Positions 59,535 through 64,000 of a DNA stretch of 64,000 nucleotides are shown piece by piece (the stretch's first letter is position 1; each line of letters begins with the position of its first letter). The position numbers were made by a program, and so were the translations under genes. Source of the DNA: Eledone cirrhosa. Taxonomy: Eukaryota. The notes beneath the pieces are model-generated. The model had not been told where the DNA came from and did no database searches. It worked only from the letters and a program-made list of their open reading frames with translations. The stretch is from NCBI GenBank assembly GCA_964016885.1, contig OZ024742.1, positions 114,514,001 through 114,578,000 on the forward strand, written 5' to 3'.

Positions 59535-59611
59535 TACCCACTCTACTACCTCAAGTATTGAGTACTTTGGTGCGTTATGGTCCACCTGGTTCCTTACCAC
59601 ATTTCCTTCGT

Positions 59612-59654
<43 letters not shown>

Positions 59655-60543
59655 ATGGGTGTATGTGACCGTTCGTGCGTGTGTGTGTATATCTATACGT
59701 GTATACACACTTATATATGTGCGTTTAGAGAGAGAGCGGGGGGGGGGTACCGCTTTATATAGTTTCCCACACATAGATACAGACATATTTCATAGCAAAT
59801 TTACATAGAAACACACACGCTCATGTTCACATCAAACATTCTAACACAAACACACTCACAACGACAGACACACACATTCATGTGAAACCATCATTAACGT
59901 AAATGTCAATGTTATAGCCGCAGAATGTTATAAAATATGTGCATAATTTTGAGTGCTAGAGTACAGCCAGCTGTAATCACATATTATATTGCAGACGACA
60001 GACACCTAATAATATTGAAAAATAACATTGTTCTCATCGATCAAGTAACTATCAATACAATATTCTATTTCTCTCCTCAGCTGTCAGATCTTTCTACAAC
60101 AAATAGCAAATGAAATCACAGCCATGAAAAGATGAATGACAATCTGATAACATATACTATTTTTATGACACGTGCACTCTAATGGAAAGAAGGGGATGTG
60201 AGTGGTAAATGAACAACTAGTGAGATGGAATTTGCAGATACAAATCAGGGAGAACATTTAACGAAATTTAACACATCGTTTATGGTATATACATACACGA
60301 TAGATATATAGAGAGTATATCTCAAAAGCTGTGTAGATAATAATATATACACACAAACATACACACACACACAAACACAAACACAAACACACACACACAC
60401 ATATGTATATATATTTATATATGCAGTTTTGACAAGTTGTTCAATTGATATATTTTTACTACACGTTTTCCACTATACACATACCCATAATAGACACGTT
60501 CACACATATGCCACACACACATACCCCACACACACACGCACTA

Positions 60544-60626
<83 letters not shown>

Positions 60627-61519
60627 TAATATATGTATATATAAAAAGCGTGGAAAAGGAAGAGGTATTATAACAATGAGAAAGAATATAGGGAATGAGG
60701 GAGAGAAATGTAGAGAAAATATATTAATTGAGCATGTCAAAACTGCAGGACAAGGTTTCAATAGATGTTACCATTTTGAAATGGCGGTGTATAGAAAGAA
60801 CAAGAACAATGTAGAATAAGAATCATATACCTTACAATTGTTAAAAGAAGATCGTGTCGATAGATAAATGTCTAAGTGGCGTTGCCTATTTGTTTAAATA
60901 TAGTTTTCCAGATACGTTTTAAAGTACGTTTTGAATAATCTAAATCTCATTTGAAACTCCGAATATTGTGATTTCAGTTTATATTAGACTATATAATTAT
61001 TATGAAACGTATGTGATTTTCTGTAATAATTATCAAATTTGGGTGCTCATTCCGGATAACACCACCTGATTTAAATTGACCTCTGTTCGTTAATATAACC
61101 TTAACAAACCTCTATTTATCAACTATTCGGATATATTTAATATTATCAATATTTAAAAAGATATATAATTATAGGATAGTTTCTGTTCTTTTGGTCAAAT
61201 TGAATGACGTACTAAGAAGTTTGCGTGTATAAATCTAAAATAATTGGAATTATTTACAGAAGAAATGATTACGATATGACACAAGAAGCAGGAAACTCTA
61301 TTTTGATGACTTATGCATACCATATCAAACACAGAACTATGCAAGATAAAAATTTAAAGATAATGACTAGAATCATGGTTTCGTATATTCGCAAACTTTT
61401 CTATTTATTCCAGAACTTTTAGATATTCAAATGTCTAAAGGTTGTGTATATATTGGCAAAGAACATTTTCTCATGATGTATTCTACTGGGCGTATACTCT
61501 CTTATTTTGATCATTATAT

Positions 61520-62476
61520 ACTAGACATGAAAAATGCGCAAGCTCAAAAGTGCCACAGAATGTTATAATAAACCTTCAAAAGTGTGGGACTAGAGTTGTT
61601 GCTAAAAAATATTGTAATCATTATATATCGTACATTCTGTGGCATCCTTTATAAAAATAGCTTAAACCAACGAAGCCTTTATTTTTACGCTATTTCACTT
61701 AGTTAATTCTTAGAGTGTAACATATAAAAATATGATTTACAACTATAAAATAAATTAATTAATATAATAACAGAGCTGCGGAGCTGAAATTTAGGAAATA
61801 ATGGAGTATCGGATCCTGAGTTGGAGCCAGTCAATGTTTGGCCGACTCCGCAGCCCTGTATAATACATTTCATATTAAAGTTATTAATAAACCTATTTTA
61901 CACTTCATGCAAATTACCACGAGATATTGATATTAGATATAAGATACAGCGCAATATCTACAGCTGTAAAAGTACGAAAGCGAAGTAATAATAAGTGGCT
62001 TAAGGTAATTCCAATATGAAAGTTTGTAGTGATAAAAATTTGATAATGCAATACGATTGTTAATATTATAGTTCTATGAAAATGTAACAATAGATAACTA
62101 AATTATTTTACTATTAGTATATTTAAGAAATTATCATTATAGATTTGATCGTTCATATAAGCATCATATTAAGTTTCAACACAATTATTTTGTTACTATG
62201 AGTATATGATAATAATATTACGTAATTATTTATAGCTGTTATTACATTAAACATATATGTATTTATTTTTATATGTTACACTCTAAGAATTAACTAAGTG
62301 AAATAGCGTAAAAATAAAGGCTTCGTTGGTTTAAGCTATTTTTATAAAGGATGCCACAGAATGTACGATATATAATGATTACAATATTTTTTAGCAACAA
62401 CTCTAGTCCCACACTTTTGAAGGTTTATTATAACATTCTGTGGCACTTTTGAGCTTGCGCATTTTTCATGTCTAGT
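61520..62476. repeat. 213-bp apparently perfect inverted repeat with about 530-bp spacer
   Basis: 61520-61732 is the reverse complement of 62264-62476. Each arm has an internal 13-bp stem tgccacagaatgt/acattctgtggca. Confidence 0.93.
61771..61858. mobile_element. 88-bp hAT-type MITE
   Basis: TIRs cagagctgcggag / ctccgcagccctg. Flanks tataataa / tataatac (7 of 8 match, consistent with an 8-bp TSD). Confidence 0.72.
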
Positions 62477-63062
62477 TTAATATTTTTTTAAGGCAACGCT
62501 TGTAATAACTCTAGTTAAACAGGATATATTTTAATAATAAATTATCGTTGTAATGTAATTAGATTATGTAATTGTTATTATAAATTATCTTATAAATATT
62601 AGTGTAAGATGTATACAAATATTTTCAGACTTTTAATATAAACAACTACAAAAAACAATCAATATTAAATCAATATATTATACATAATAGAAAACATAAA
62701 ATATACAATACAAAAACAAAATATTTACATACAATTGCAATTATCAGTGTATATACATTTTCTTTATATTCCCTGAGCAAATTAATAAGATTTGTTTTTA
62801 TTGTACATAATTTGATGACTTGTTGGAGTGTATTAAAAGATAGCAACAATTTGTGATTAAATTGTTATCTTAAGCAACTCACTTTTTAATAGTTGTTGGC
62901 TGAGCGAAATTGTAAAAGCCTATGAGCAAATATAAAAAAAAATACACAAACAACATTTCCTTGTGTTATTACAACATTAGATAAAATAATTGAGCAATGT
63001 CGTTATATTTTGCTCTTATTGCACATTAATAGTGTTTCTATTTTTCGGCACAAATCCATTAC

Positions 63063-63200
63063 GGCAGTCCATTACTGGTACTTTATTTTATCGAATTAGT
63101 AAGTATGAAAGTCGAAGTTAACCTCGGCAGGATTTGAACTTAGAATGCAAAGGACCATAACAATACTGCAAAGCATGGTGTCTGACGCTCTACCAATACT
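63063..63200 (-). mobile_element. tRNA-derived SINE (octopus-type), decayed
   Basis: actggtactttattttatcga..atgaaagtcgaagttaacctcggcaggatttgaacttagaatg..aatactgcaaagcat..tctgacgctctacca. Homologous to 30205-30385. Confidence 0.72.
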
Positions 63201-63593
63201 TGTGTTGAGCTGGTCATTAATTTATGGTGGTCGTGCGTGGAGTAGAGCAATCGCTAGTTGAAATATTATGAACAAAACATTTTTATTTGCCGAAGAACAT
63301 ATTTTCAATACTGTTTGTGAATGTGACGAAGGAAATACATTCTGATATGGAACAGTGTACAAAGTGTGTCTGTGAATAACATAATGTTACCTCATGTTGT
63401 TGTCAAGACATAATGGATTTCGTATATCCAGTTAGAAGATGAAACCTAGCCATCTCGGATTAGTTATATTTCATGCCATGTGTAAACGTATTTGAGGATA
63501 GCAAAATATGCGCGTTAATTATAATAATTAGTTAATAATATTACAAAATATACCTAATTAAACTCTTTGCTTGAAATTTTATCATTCTTCGTT

Positions 63594-63636
<43 letters not shown>

Positions 63637-64000
63637 GGAGAGAGAGAGAGTGAGAGATTTATCTAGTCCTTCGCTCAAGATTAATCTATAAGTTTAGATG
63701 TTTGCCTTCGTTTAAGTAAATATTACAGTAAGATGTTTAATATAAACAACTACAAAAAACAATTAATATTAAAACGAAAAAATTATCAATGATAAAAGAA
63801 GCGGATGCAACTTTTTTTTTTATAAAGTTATATTCCTGTTTCTTTAAAGAACATTTCATTTTTGTTCTATTGTAGGCGAAATAATGCAATGGTTTAATAG
63901 GGAAGATATAACTTACCAATTATGTCTCTAACCGTGTAACGCTTTTTAAGTAGATAACTACAATTGAAAATACTAAAGAAATGGAACCAACAATTCAATT

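Overview
AT-rich, repeat-dense eukaryotic DNA. The tRNA-derived SINE families and the microsatellite load suggest a coleoid cephalopod such as Octopus (inference). I found no convincing host gene. Most ORFs in the track are translations of (TA)n, (CA)n or (GA)n tracts. The window is dominated by Penelope-like elements (PLEs) and their non-coding pseudo-LTR (pLTR) derivatives, mostly inserted in (TA)n arrays and mostly with tandem and/or inverted (fold-back) architecture. These include one near-full-length RT + GIY-YIG element (22.3-26.3 kb), a 5'-truncated Neptune-type element (47.9-50.5 kb), GIY-YIG fragments (0-1.2, 36-39.3 and 43.4-46.7 kb) and many short ORF-less units. By-eye reading of both strands found about 15 type I hammerhead ribozyme (HHR) motifs from about 10 unrelated sequence families, plus a few more degenerate ones. 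Most have a palindromic minimal stem III, several have long or branched stem II extensions, and in several elements the inverted duplication starts at or next to the ribozyme. Also present: a roughly 7-8.6 kb tandem segmental duplication with (TA)n breakpoints and filled/empty insertion sites, decayed RTE-superfamily LINEs, a mariner relic, a Helitron helicase relic, a hAT-type MITE and SINEs. All ribozyme calls are motif and base-pairing calls made by eye; none is shown to be active.
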